Below, in pieces: positions 26,101 through 41,100 of a DNA stretch of 64,000 nucleotides (within the stretch, counting starts at the first letter, position 1; every line of letters begins with the position of its first letter). A program made the position numbers and the translations under genes. The stretch is from Eledone cirrhosa (lineage: Eukaryota). Below the pieces are notes generated by a model. The model saw only the letters and a program-made list of their open reading frames with translations, did no database searches and was not told where the DNA came from. The stretch lies in assembly GCA_964016885.1 (NCBI GenBank), contig OZ024740.1, positions 442,742,001 through 442,806,000 of the forward strand. Direction: 5' to 3'.

Positions 26101-29100
26101 TATCAAGTGTCTTTCTGACACCCAGGGCAAGTAAACCCCGTTATATACCGAGTGTCTTCCTGACACCCAGGGCAAGTAAACCCCGTTATATACCGAGTGT
26201 CTTCTTGACACCCAAGGCAAGTAAACTCCGTTATATACCGAGTGTCTTCCTGACACCCAGGGCAAGTAAACCCCGTTATATACCGAGTGTCTTCCTGACA
26301 CCCAGGGCAAGTAAACTCCGTTATATACCGAGTGTCTTCCTAACAGCGAGGGCAAGTAAACCCCGTTATATACCGAGTGTCTTCCTGACACCCAAGGCAA
26401 GTAAACTCTGTTATATACCAAGTGTCTTCCTAACAGCGAGGGCAAGTTAACCCCGTTATATACCGAGTGTCTTCCTGAAACCCAGGGCAAGTAAACCCCG
26501 TTATATATCGAGTGTGTTCCTGACACCCAGGGCAAGTAAACCCCGTTATATACCGAGTGTCTTCCTGACACCCAGGGCAAGTAAACCCCGTTATATACCG
26601 AGTGTCTTCCTGACACCCAGGGCAAGTAAACCCCGTTATATACCGAGTGTCTTCCTGACACTCAGGGCAAGTAAACCCCGTTATATACCGAGTGTCTTCC
26701 TGACACCCAGGGCAAGTAAACCCCGTTATATACCGAGTGTCTTCCTGACACCCAGGGCAAGTAATCTCCTTTATATATCAAGTGTCTTTCTGACACCCAG
26801 GGCAAGTAAACCCCGTTATATACCGAGTGTCTTCCTGACACCCAGGGCAAGTAAACCCCGTTATATACCGAGTGTCTTCCTGACACCCAAGGCAAGTAAA
26901 CTCCGTTATATACCGAGTGTCTTCCTGACACCCAGGGCAAGTAAACCCCGTTATATACCGAGTGTCTTCCTGACACCCAGGGCAAGTAAACTCCGTTATA
27001 TACCGAGTGTCTTCCTGACAGCGAGGGCAAGTAAACCCCGTTATATACCGAGTGTCTTCCTGACACCCAAGTCAAGTAAACTCTGTTATATACCGAGTGT
27101 CTTCCTGACACCCAGGGCAAGTAAACTCCGTTATATACCGAGTGTCTTCCTGACACCCAGGGCAAGTAAACTCCGTTATATACCGAGTGTCTTCCTGACA
27201 CCCAGGGTAAGTAAACCCGGTTATATACCGAGTGTCTTCCTGACACCCAGGGCAAGTAATCTCCTTTATATATCAAGTGTCTTTCAGACACCCAGGGCAA
27301 GTAAACCCCGTTATATACCGAGTGTCTTCCTGACACCCAGGGCAAGTAAACCCCGTTATATACCGAGTGTCTTCCTGACACCCAGGGCAAGTAAACCCCG
27401 TTATATACCGAGTGTCTTCCTGACACCCAGGGCAAGTAAACCCCGTTATATACCGAGTGTCTTCCTGACACCCAGGGCAAGTAATCTCCTTTATATATCA
27501 AGTGTCTTTCTCACACCCAGGGCAAGTAAACCCCGTTATATACCGAGTGTCTTCCTGACACCCAGGGCAAGTAAGCCCCGTTATATACTCTAGTGTCTTC
27601 CTGACACCCAGGTCAAGTAAACCCCGTTATATACCAAGTGCCTTCCTGACACCCAGGGCAAGTAAACTCCGTTATATACCAAGTGTCTTCCTGACACCCA
27701 GGGCAAGTAAACCCCGTTATATACCGAGTGTCTTCTTGACACCCAAGGCAAGTAAACTCCGTTATATACCGAGTGTCTTCCTGACACCCAGGGCAAGTAA
27801 ACCCCATTATATACCGAGTGTCTTCCTGACACCCAGGGCAAGTAAACTCCGTTATATACCGAGTGTCTTCCTAACAGCGAGGGCAAGTAAACCCCGTTAT
27901 ATACCGAGTGTCTTCCTGACACCCAAGGCAAGTAAACTCTGTTATATACCAAGTGTCTTCCTGACACCCAGGGCAAGTAAACCCCGTTATATACCGAGTG
28001 TGTTCCTGACACCCAGGGCAAGTAAACCCCGTTATATACCGAGTGTCTTCCTGACACCCAGGGTAAGTAAACCCGGTTATATACCGAGTGTCTTCCTGAC
28101 ACCCAGGGCAAGTAATCTCCTTTATATATCAAGTGTCTTTCAGACACCCAGGGCAAGTAAACCCCGTTATATACCGAGTGTCTTCCTGACACCCAAGGCA
28201 AGTAAACCCCGTTATATACCGAGTGTCTTCCTGACACCCAGGGCAAGTAAACCCCGTTATATACCGAGTGTCTTCCTGACACCCAGGGCAAGTAATCTCC
28301 TTTATATATCAAGTGTCTTTCTGACACCCAAGGCAAGTAAACTCTGTTATATACCAAGTGTCTTCCTGACACCCAGGGCAAGTAAACCCCGTTATATACC
28401 GAGTGTGTTCCTGACACCCAGGGCAAGTAAACCCCGTTATATACCGAGTGTCTTCCTGACACCCAGGGTAAGTAAACCCGGTTATATACCGAGTGTCTTC
28501 CTGACACACAGGGCAAGTAATCTCCTTTATATATCAAGTGTCTTTCAGACACCCAGGGCAAGTAAACCCCGTTATATACCGAGTGTCTTCCTGACACCCA
28601 GGGCAAGTAAACCCCGTTATATACCGAGTGTCTTCCTGACACCCAGGGCAAGTAAACCCCGTTATATACCGAGTGTCTTCCTGACACCCAGGGCAAGTAA
28701 ACCCCGTTATATACCGAGTGTCTTCCTGACACCCAGGGCAAGTAATCTCCTTTATATATCAAGTGTCTTTCTGACACCCAGGGCAAGTAAACCCCGTTAT
28801 ATACCGAGTGTCTTCTTGACACCCAAGGCAAGTAAACTCCGTTATATACCGAGTGTCTTCCTGACACCCAGGGCAAGTAAACCCCGTTATATACCGAGTG
28901 TCTTCCTGACACCCAGGGCAAGTAAACTCCGTTATATACCGAGTGTCTTCCTAACAGCGAGGGCAAGTAAACCCCGTTATATACCGAGTGTCTTGCTGAC
29001 ACCCAAGGCAAGTAAACTCTGTTATATACCAAGCGTCTTCCTGACACCCAGGGCAAGTAAACCCCGTTATATACCGAGTGTGTTCCTGACACCCAGGGCA

Positions 29101-32100
29101 AGTAAACCCCGTTATATACCGAGTGTCTTCCTGACACCCAGGGTAAGTAAACCCGGTTATATACCGAGTGTCTTCCTGACACCCAGGGCAAGTAATCTCC
29201 TTTATATATCAAGTGTCTTTCAGACACCCAGGGCAAGTAAACCCCGTTATATACCGAGTGTCTTCCTGACACCCAGGGCAAGTAAACGCCGTTATATACC
29301 GAGTGTCTTACTGACACCCAGGGCAAGTAAACCCCGTTATATACCGAGTGTCTTCCTGACACCCAGGGCAAGTAAACCCCGTTATATACCGAGTGTCTTC
29401 CTGACACCCAGGGCAAGTAATCTCCTTTATATATCAAGTGTCTTTCTGACACCCAAGGCAAGTAAACTCCGTTATATACCGAGTGTCTTCCTGACACCCA
29501 GGGCAAGTAAACCCCGTTATATACCGAGTGTCTTCCTGACACCCAGGGCAAGTAAACTCCGTTATATACCGAGTGTCTTCCTAACAGCGAGGGCAAGTAA
29601 ACCCCGTTATATACCGAGTGTCTTGCTGACACCCAAGGCAAGTAAACTCTGTTATATACCAAGTGTTTTCCTGACACTCAGGGCAAGTAAACCCCGTTAT
29701 ATACCGAGTGTGTTCCTGACACCCAGGGCAAGTAAACCCCGTTATATACCGAGTGTCTTCCTGACACCCAGGGTAAGTAAACCCGGTTATATACCGAGTG
29801 TCTTCCTGACACCCAGGGCAAGTAATCTCCTTTATATATCAAGTGTCTTTCAGACACCCAGGGCAAGTAAACCCCGTTATATACCGAGTGTCTTCCTGAC
29901 ACCCAGGGCAAGTAAACGCCGTTATATACCGAGTGTCTTCCTGACACCCAGGGCAAGTAAACCCCGTTATATACCGAGTGTCTTCCTGACACCCAGGGCA
30001 AGTAAACCCCGTTATATACCGAGTGTCTTCCTGACACCCAGGGCAAGTAATCTCCTTTATATATCAAGTGTCTTTCTGACACCCAGGGCAAGTAAACCCC
30101 GTTATATACCGAGTGTCTTCCTGACACCCAGGGCAAGTACACCCCGTTATATACCGAGTGTCTTCCTGACACCCAGGGCAAGTAAACCCCGTTATATACC
30201 GAGTGTCTTCCTGACACCCAGGGCAAGTAAACCCCGTCATATACCGAGTGTCTTCCTGACACCCAGGGCAAGTAAACCCCGTTATATACCGAGTGTCTTC
30301 CTGACACCCAGGGCAAGTAATCTCCTTTATATATCAAGTGTCTTTCTGACACCCAGGGCAAGTAAACCCCGTTATATACCGAGTGTCTTCCTGACACCCA
30401 GGGCAAGTAAACTCCGTTATATACCGAGTGTCTTCCTGACACCCAAGGCAAGTAAACTCCGTTATATACCGAGTGTCTTCCTGACACCAAGGGCAAGTAA
30501 TCTCCTTTATATATCAAGTGTCTTTCTGACACCCAGGGCAAGTAAAGCCCATTATATACCGAGTGCCTTCCTGACACCCAGGGCAAGTAAACCCCGTTAT
30601 ATACCGAGTGTCTTCCTGACACCCAGGGCAAGTAAACTCCGTTATATACCGAGTGTCTTCCTGACACCCAAGGCAAGTAAACTCCGTTATATACCGAGTG
30701 TCTTCCTGACACACAGGGCAAGTAAACCCCGTTATATACCGAGTGTCCTCCTGACACCCAGGGCAAGTAAGCCCCGTTATATACTCTAGTGTCTTCCTGA
30801 CACCCAGGGCAAGTAAACCCCGTTATATACCAAGTGCCTTCCTGACACCCAGGGCAAGTAAACACCGTTATATACCAAGTGTCTTCCTGACACCCAGGGC
30901 AAGTAAACCCCGTTATATACCGAGTGTCTTCTTGACACCCAAGGCAAGTAAACTCCGTTATATACCGAGTGTCTTCCTGACACCCAGGGCAAGTAAACCC
31001 CGTTATATACCGAGTGTCTTCCTGACACCCAGGGCAAGTAAACTCCGTTATATACCGAGTGTCTTCCTAACAGCGAGGGCAAGTAAACCCCATTATATAC
31101 CGAGTGTCTTCCTGACACCCAAGGCAAGTAAACTCTGTTATATACCAAGTGTCTTCCTGACATCCAGGGCAAGTAAACCCCGTTATATACCGAGTGTGTT
31201 CCTGACACCCAGGGCAAGTAAACCCCGTTATATACCGAGTGTCTTCCTGACACCCAGGGTAAGTAAACCCGGTTATATACCGAGTGTCTTCCTGACACCC
31301 AAGGCAAGTAATCTCCTTTATATATCAAGTGTCTTTCAGACACCCAGGGCAAGTAAACCCCGTTATATACCGAGTGTCTTCCTGACACCCAGGGCAAGTA
31401 AACCCCGTTATATACCGAGTGTCTTCCTGACACCCAGGGCAAGTAAACCCCGCTATATACCGAGTGTCTTCCTGACACCCAGGGCAAGTAAACCCCGTCA
31501 TATACCGAGTGTCTTCCTGACACCCAGGGCAAGTAAACCCCGTTATATACCGAGTGTCTTCCTGACACCCAGGGCAAGTAATCTCCTTTATATATCAAGT
31601 GTCTTTCTGACACCCAGGGCAAGTAAAGCCCATTATATACCGAGTGTCTTCCTGACACCCAGGGCAAGTAAACCCCGTTATATACCGAGTGTCTTCCTGA
31701 CACCCAGGGCAAGTAAACTCCGTTATATACCGAGTGTCTTCCTGACACCCAAGGCAAGTAAACTCCGTTATATACCGAGTGTCTTCCTGACACCCAGGGC
31801 AAGTAAACCCCGTTATATACCGAGTGTCTTCCTGACACCCAGGGCAAGTAAGCCCCGTTATATACTCTAGTGTCTTCCTGACACCCAGGGCAAGTAAACC
31901 CCGTTATATACCAAGTGCCTTCCTGACACCCAGGGCAAGTAAACTCCGTTATATACCAAGTGTCTTCCTGACACCCAGGGCAAGTAAACCCCGTTATATA
32001 CCGAGTGTCTTCTTGACACCCAAGGCAAGTAAACTCCGTTATATACCGAGTGTCTTCCTGACACCCAGGGCAAGTAAACCCCGTTATATACCGAGTGTCT

Positions 32101-35100
32101 TCCTGACACCCAGGGCAAGTAAACTCCGTTACATACCGAGTGTCTTCCTAACAGCGAGGGCAAGTAAACCCCGTTATATACCGAGTGTCTTCCTGACACC
32201 CAAGGCAAGTAAACTCTGTTATATACCAAGTGTCTTCCTGACATCCAGGGCAAGTAAACCCCGTTATATACCGAGTGTGTTCCTGACACCCAGGGCAAGT
32301 AAACCCCGTTATATACCGAGTGTCTTCCTGACACCCAGGGTAAGTAAACCCGGTTATATACCGAGTGTCTTCCTGACACCCAGGGCAAGTAATCTCCTTT
32401 ATATATCAAGTGTCTTTCAGACACCCAGGGCAAGTAAACCCCGTTATATACCGAGTGTCTTCCTGACACCCAGGGCAAGTAAACCCCGTTATATACCGAG
32501 TGTCTTCCTGACACCCAGGGCAAGTAAACCCCGTTATATACCGAGTGTCTTCCTGACACCCAGGGCAAGTAAACCCCGTTATATACCGAGTGTCTTCCTG
32601 ACACCCAGGGCAAGTAATCTCCTTTATATATCAAGTGTCTTTCTGACACCCAGGGCAAGTAAACCCCGTTATATACCGAGTGTCTTCCTGACACCCAGGG
32701 CAATTACACCCCGTTATATACCGAGTGTCTTCCTGACACCCAGGGCAAGTAAACCCCGTTATATACCGAGTGTCTTCCTGACACCCAGGGCAAGTAAACC
32801 CCGTCATATACCGAGTGTCTTCCTGACACCCAGGGCAAGTAAACCCCGTTATATACCGAGTGTCTTCCTGACACCCAGGGCAAGTAATCTCCTTTATATA
32901 TCAAGTGTCTTTCTGACACCCAGGGCAAGTAAAGCCCATTATATACCGAGTGTCTTCCTGACACCCAGGGCAAGTAAACCCCGTTATATACCGAGTGTCT
33001 TCCTGACACCCAGGGCAAGTAAACTCCGTTATATACCGAGTGTCTTCCTGACACCCAGGGCAAGTAATCTCCTTTATATATCAAGTGTCTTTCTGACACC
33101 CAGGGCAAGTAAAGCCCATTATATACCGAGTGTCTTCCTGACACCCAGGGCAAGTAAACCCCGTTATATACCGAGTGTCTTCCTGACACCCAGGGCAAGT
33201 AAACTCCGTTATATACCGAGTGTCTTCCTGACACCCAGGGCAAGTAAACCCCGTTATATACCGAGTGTCTTCCTGACACCCAGGGCAAGTAAGCCCCGTT
33301 ATATACTCTAGTGTCTTCCTGACACCCAGGGCAAGTAAACCCCGTTATATACCAAGTGCCTTCCTGACACCCAGGGCAAGTAAACTCCGTTATATACCGA
33401 GTGTCTTCCTGACACCCAAGGCAAGTAAACTCCGTTATATACCGAGTGTCTTCCTGACACCCAGGGCAAGTAATCTCCTTTATATATCAAGTGTCTTTCT
33501 GACACCCAGGGCAAGTAAACCCCGTTATATACCGAGTGTCTTCCTGACACCCAGGGCAAGTAAACCCCGTTATATACCGAGTGTCTTCCTGACACCCAAG
33601 GCAAGTAAACTCTGTTATATACCAAGTGTCTTCCTGACATCCAGGGCAAGTAAACCCCGTTATATACCGAGTGTGTTCCTGACACCCAGGGCAAGTAAAC
33701 CCCGTTATATACCGAGTGTCTTCCTGACACCCAGGGTAAGTAAACCCGGTTATATACCGAGTGTCTTCCTGACACCCAGGGCAAGTAATCTCCTTTATAT
33801 ATCAAGTGTCTTTCTGACACCCAGGGCAAGTAAACCCCGTTATATACCGAGTGTCTTCCTGACACCCAGGGCAAGTAAACTCCGTTATATACCGAGTGTC
33901 TTCCTGACACCCAAGGCAAGTAAACTCCGTTATATACCGAGTGTCTTCCTGACACCCAGGCCAAGTAATCTCCTTTATATATCAAGTGTCTTTCTGACAC
34001 CCAGGGCAAGTAAAGCCCATTATATACCGAGTGTCTTCCTGACACCCAGGGCAAGTAAACCCCGTTATATACCGAGTGTCTTCCTGACACCCAGGGCAAG
34101 TAAACTCCGTTATATACCGAGTGTCTTCCTGACACCCAAGGCAAGTAAACTCCGTTATATACCGAGTGTCTTCCTGACACCCAGGGCAAGTAAACCCCGT
34201 TATATACCGAGTGTCCTCCTGACACCCAGGGCAAGTAAGCCCCGTTATACACTCTAGTGTCTTCCTGACACCCAGGGCAAGTAAACCCCGTTATATACCA
34301 AGTGCCTTCCTGACACCCAGGGCAAGTAAACACCGTTATATACCAAGTGTCTTCCTGACACCCAGGGCAAGTAAACCCCGTTATATACCGAGTGTCTTCT
34401 TGACACCCAAGGCAAGTAAACTCCGTTATATACCGAGTGTCTTCCTGACACCCAGGGCAAGTAAACCCCGTTATATACCGAGTGTCTTCCTGACACCCAG
34501 GGCAAGTAAACTCCGTTATATACCGAGTGTCTTCCTAACAGCGAGGGCAAGTAAACCCCGTTATATACCGAGTGTCTTCCTGACACCCAAGGCAAGTAAA
34601 CTCTGTTATATACCAAGTGTCTTCCTGACATCCAGGGCAAGTAAACCCCGTTATATACCGAGTGTGTTCCTGACACCCAGGGCAAGTAAACCCCGTTATA
34701 TACCGAGTGTCTTCCTGACACCCAGGGTAAGTAAACCCGGTTATATACCGAGTGTCTTCCTGACACGCAGGGCAAGTAATCTCCTTTATATATCAAGTGT
34801 CTTTCAGACACCCAGGGCAAGTAAACCCCGTTATATACCGAGTGTCTTCCTGACACCCAGGGCAAGTAAACCCCGTTATATACCGAGTGTCTTCCTGACA
34901 CCCAGGGCAAGTAAACCCCGTTATATACCGAGTGTCTTCCTGACACCCAGGGCAAGTAAACCCCGTCATATACCGAGTGTCTTCCTGACACCCAGGGCAA
35001 GTAAACCCCGCTATATACCGAGTGTCTTCCTGACACCCAGGGCAAGTAATCTCCTTTATATATCAAGTGTCTTTCTGACACCCAGGGCAAGTAAAGCCCA

Positions 35101-38100
35101 TTATATACCGAGTGTCTTCCTGACACCCAGGGCAAGTAAACCCCGTTATATACCGAGTGTCTTCCTGACACCCAGGGCAAGTAAACTCCGTTATATACCG
35201 AGTGTCTTCCTGACACCCAAGGCAAGTAAACTCCGTTATATACCGAGTGTCTTCCTGACACCCAGGGCAAGTAAACCCCGTTATATACCGAGTGTCTTCC
35301 TGACACCCAGGGCAAGTAAGCCCCGTTATATACTCTAGTGTCTTCCTGACACCCAGGGCAAGTAAACCCCGTTATATACCAAGTGCCTTCCTGACACCCA
35401 GGGCAAGTAAACTCCGTTATATACCAAGTGTCTTCCTGACACCCAGGGCAAGTAAACCCCGTTATATACCGAGTGTCTTCTTGACACCCAAGGCAAGTAA
35501 ACTCCGTTATATACCGAGTGTCTTCCTAACAGCGAGGGCAAGTAAACCCCGTTATATACCGAGTGTCTTCCTGACACCCAGGGCAAGTAAACCCCGTTAT
35601 ATACTGAGTGTCTTCCTGACACCCAGGGTAAGTAAACCCGGTTATATACCGAGTGTCTTCCTGACCCCCAGGGCAAGTAATCTCCTTTATATATCAAGTG
35701 TCTTTCAGACACCCAGGGCAAGTAAACCCCGTTATATACCGAGTGTCTTCCTGACACCCAGGGCAAGTAAACCCCGTTATATACCGACTGTCTTCCTGAC
35801 ACCCAGGGCAAGTAAACCCCGTTATATACCGAGTGTGTTCCTGACACCCAGGGCAAGTAAACCCCGTTATATACTGAGTGTCTTCCTGACACCCAGGGTA
35901 AGTAAACCCGGTTATATACCGAGTGTCTTCCTGACCCCCAGGGCAAGTAATCTCCTTTATATATCAAGTGTCTTTCAGACACCCAGGGCAAGTAAACCCC
36001 GTTATATACCGAGTGTCTTCCTGACACCCAGGGCAAGTAAACCCCGTTATATACCGAGTGTCTTCCTGACACCCAGGGCAAGTAAACCCCGTTATATACC
36101 GAGTGTCTTCCTGACACCCAGGGCAAGTAAACCCCGTTATATACCGAGTGTCTTCCTGACACCCAGGGCAAGTAATCTCCTTTATATATCAAGTGTCTTT
36201 CTGACACCCAGGGCAAGTAAACCCCGTTATATACCGAGTGTCTTCCTGACACCCAGGGCAATTACACCCCGTTATATACCGAGTGTCTTCCTGACACCCA
36301 GGGCAAGTAAACCCCGTTATATACCGAGTGTCTTCCTGACACCCAGGGCAAGTAAACCCCGTCATATACCGAGTGTCTTCCTGACACCCAGGGCAAGTAA
36401 ACCCCGTTATATACCGAGTGTCTTCCTGACACCCAGGGCAAGTAATCTCCTTTATATATCAAGTGTCTTCCTGACACCCAGGGCAAGTAAACCCCGTTAT
36501 ATACCGAGTGTCTTCCTGACACCCAGGGCAAGTAAACCCCGTTATATACCGAGTGTCTTCCTGACACCCAAGGCAAGTAAACTCTGTTATATACCAAGTG
36601 TCTTCCTGACATCCAGGGCAAGTAAACCCCGTTATATACCGAGTGTGTTCCTGACACCTAGGGCAAGTAAACCCCGTTATATACCGAGTGTCTTCCTGAC
36701 ACCCAGGGTAAGTAAACCCGGTTATATACCGAATGTCTTCCTGACACCCAGGGCAAGTAATCTCCTTTATATATCAAGTGTCTTTCAGACACCCAGGGCA
36801 AGTAAACCCCGTTATATACCGAGTGTCTTCCTGACACCCAGGGCAAGTAAACCCCGTTATATACCGAGTGTCTTCCTGACACCCAGGGCAAGTAAACCCC
36901 GTTATATACCGAGTGTCTTCCTGACACCCAGGGCAAGTAAACCCCGTCATATACCGAGTGTCTTCCTGACACCCAGGGCAAGTAAACCCCGTTATATACC
37001 GAGTGTCTTCCTGACACCCAGGGCAAGTAATCTCCTTTATATATCAAGTGTCTTTCTGACACCCAGGGCAAGTAAACCCCATTATATACCGAGTGTCTTC
37101 CTGACACCCAGGGCAAGTAAACCCCGTTATATACCGAGTGTCTTCCTGACACCCAGGGCAAGTAAACTCCGTTATATACCGAGTGTCTTCCTGACACCCA
37201 AGGCAAGTAAACTCCGTTATATACCGAGTGTCTTCCTGACACCCAGGGCAAGTAAACCCCGTTATATACCGAGTGTCTTCCTGACACCCAGGGCAAGTAA
37301 GCCCCGTTATATACTCTAGTGTCTTCCTGACACCCAGGGCAAGTAAGCCCCGTTATATACTCTAGTGTCTTCCTGACACCCAGGGCAAGTAAAACCCGTT
37401 ATATACCAAGTGCCTTCCTGACACCCAGGGCAAGTAAACTCCGTTATATACCGAGTGTCTTCTTGACACCCAAGGCAAGTAAACTCCGTTATATACCGAG
37501 TGTCTTCCTGACACCCAGGGCAAGTAAACCCCGTTATATACCGAGTGTCTTCCTGACACCCAGGGCAAGTAATCTCCTTTATATATCAAGTGTCTTTCTG
37601 ACACCCAGGGCAAGTAAACCCCGTTATATACCGAGTGTCTTCCTGACACCCAGGGCAATTACACCCCGTTATATACCGAGTGTCTACCTGACACCCAGGG
37701 CAAGTAAACCCCGTTATATACCGAGTGTCTTCCTGACACCCAGGGCAAGTAAACCCCGTCATATACCGAGTGTCTTCCTGACACCCAGGGCAAGTAAACC
37801 CCGTTATATACCGAGTGTCTTCCTGACACCCAGGGCAAGTAATCTCCTTTATATATCAAGTGTCTTTCTGACACCCAGGGCAAGTAAAGCCCATTATATA
37901 CCGAGTGTCTTCCTGACACCCAGGGCAAGTAAACCCCGTTATATACCGAGTGTTTTCCTGACACCCAGGGCAAGTAAACTCCGTTATATACCGAGTGTCT
38001 TCCTGACACCCAGGGCAAGTAATCTCCTTTATATATCAAGTGTCTTTCTGACACCCAGGGCAAGTAAACTCCGTTATATACCGAGTGTCTTCCTGACACC

Positions 38101-41100
38101 CAGGGCAAGTAAACCCCGTTATATACCGAGTGTCTTCCTGACACCCAGGGCAAGTAAGCCCCGTTATATACTCTAGTGTCTTCCTGACACCCAGGGCAAG
38201 TAAACCCCGTTATATACCAAGTGCCTTCCTGACACCCAGGGCAAGTAAACTCCGTTATATACCAAGTGTCTTACCGACACCCAGGGCAAGTAAACCCCGC
38301 TATATACCGAGTGTCTTCTTGACACCCAAGGCAAGTAAACTCCGTTATATACCGAGTGTCTTCCTGACACCCAGGGCAAGTAAACCCCGTTATATACCGA
38401 GTGTCTTCCTGACACCCAGGGCAAGTAAACTCCGTTATATACCGAGTGTCTTCCTAACAGCGAGGGCAAGTAAACCCCGTTATATACCGAGTGTCTTCCT
38501 GACACCCAAGGCAAGTAAACTCTGTTATATACCAAGTGTCTTCCTGACACCCAGGGCAAGTAAACCCCGTTATATACCGAGTGTGTTCCTGACACCCAGG
38601 GCAAGTAAACCCCGTTATATACCGAGTGTCTTCCTGACACCCAGGGTAAGTAAACCCGGTTATATACCGAGTGTCTTCCTGACACCCAGGGCAAGTAATC
38701 TCCTTTATATATCAAGTGTCTTTCAGACACCCAGGGCAAGTAAACCCCGTTATATACCGAGTGTCTTCCTGACACCCAGGGCAAGTAAACCCCGTTATAT
38801 ACCGAGTGTCTTCCTGACACCCAGGGCAAGTAAACCCCGTTATATACCGAGTGTCTTCCTGACACCCAGGGCAAGTACACCCCGTTATATACCGAGTGTC
38901 TTCCTGACACCCAGGGCAAGTAAACCCCGTTATATACCGAGTGTCTTCCTGACACCCAGGGCAAGTAAACCCCGTTATCTACCGAGTGTCTTCCTGAAAC
39001 CCAGGGCAAGTAATCTCCTTTATATATCAAGTGTCTTTCTGACACCTAGGGCAAGTAAACCCCGTTATATACCGAGTGTCTTCCTGACACCCAGGGCAAG
39101 TAAACCCCGTTATATACCGAGTGTCTTCCTGACACCCACGGCAAGTAAACCCCGTTATATACCGAGTGTCTTCCTGACATCCAGGGCAAGTAAACCCCGT
39201 TATATACCAAGTGTCTTCCTGACACCCAGGGCAAGTAAACTCCGTTATATACCAAGTGTTTTCCTGACACCCAGGGCAAGTAAACCCCGTTATATACCGA
39301 GTGTCTTCTTGACACCCAAGGCAAGTAAACTCCGTTATATACCGAGTGTCTTCCTGACACCCAGGGCAAGTAAACCCCGTTATATACCGAGTGTCTTCCT
39401 GACACCCAGGGCAAGTAAACTCCGTTATATACCGAGTCTCTTCCTAACAGCGAGGGCAAGTAAACCCCGTTATATACCGAGTGTCTTCCTGACACCCAAG
39501 GCAAGTAAACTCTGTTATATACCAAGTGTCTTCCTGACATCCAGGGCAAGTAAACCCCGTTATATACCGAGTGTGTTCCTGACACCCAGGGCAAGTAAAC
39601 CCCGTTATATACCGAGTGTCTTCCTGACACCCAGGGTAAGTAAACCCGGTTATATACCGAGTGTCTTCCTGACACCCAGGGCAAGTAATCTCCTTTATAT
39701 ATCAAGTGTCTTTCAGACACCCAGGGCAAGTAAACCCCGTTATATACCGAGTGTCTTCCTGACACTCAGGGCAAGTAAACCCCGTTATATACCGAGTGTC
39801 TTCCTGACACCCAGGGCAAGTAAACCCCGTTATATACCGAGTGTCTTCCTGACACCCAGGGCAAGTAAACCCCGTTATATACCGAGTGTCTTCCTGACAC
39901 CCAGGCAAGTAATCTCCTTTATATATCAAGTGTCTTTCTGACACCCAGGCCAAGTAAACCCCGTTATATACCGAGTGTCTTCCTGACACCCAGGGCAAGT
40001 ACACCCCGTTATATACCGAGTGTCTTCCTGACACCCAGGGCAAGTAAACCCCGTTATATACCGAGTGTCTTCCTGACACCCAGGGCAAGTAAACCCCGTT
40101 ATATACCGAGTGTCTTCCTGATACCCAGGGCAAGTAAACCCCGTTATATACCGAGTGTCTTCCTGACACCCAGGGCAAGTAATCTCCTTTATATATCAAG
40201 TGTCTTTCTGACACCCAGGGCAAGTAAACCCCGTTATATACCGAGTGTCTTCCTGACACCCAGGGCAAGTAAACCCCGTTATATACCGAGTGTCTTCTTG
40301 ACACCCAAGGCAAGTAAACTCCGTTATATACCGAGTGTCTTCCTGACACCCAGGGCAAGTAAACCCCGTTATATACCGAGTGTCTTCCTGACACCCAGGG
40401 CAAGTAAACTCCGTTATATACCGAGTGTCTTCCTGACACCCAGGGCAAGTAATCTCCTTTATATATCAAGTGTCTTTCTGACACCCAGGGCAAGTAAAAC
40501 CCATTATATACCGAGTGTCTTCCTGACACCCAGGGCAAGTAAACCCCGTTATATACCGAGTGTCTTCCTGACACCCAGGGCAAGTAAACTCCGTTATATA
40601 CCGAGTGTCTTCCTGACACCCAGGGCAAGTAAACCCCGTTATATACCGAGTGTCTTCCTGACACCCAGGGCAAGTAAGCCCCGTTATATACTCTAGTGTC
40701 TTCCTGACACCCAGGGCAAGTAAACCCCGTTATATACCAAGTGCCTTCCTGACACCCAGGGCAAGTAAACTCCGTTATATACCAAGTGTCTTACTGACAC
40801 CCAGGGCAAGTAAACCCTGCTATATACCGAGTGTCTTCTTGACACCCAAGGCAAGTAAACTCCGTTATATACCGAGTGTCTTCCTGACACCCAGGGCAAG
40901 TAAACCCCGTTATATACCGAGTGTCTTCCTGACACCCAGGGCAAGTAAACTCCGTTATATACCGAGTGTCTTCCTAACAGCGAGGGCAAGTAAACCCCGT
41001 TATATACCGAGTGTCTTCCTGACACCCAAGGCAAGTAAACTCTGTTATATACCAAGTGTCTTCCTGACACCCAGGGCAAGTAAACCCCGTTATATACCGA

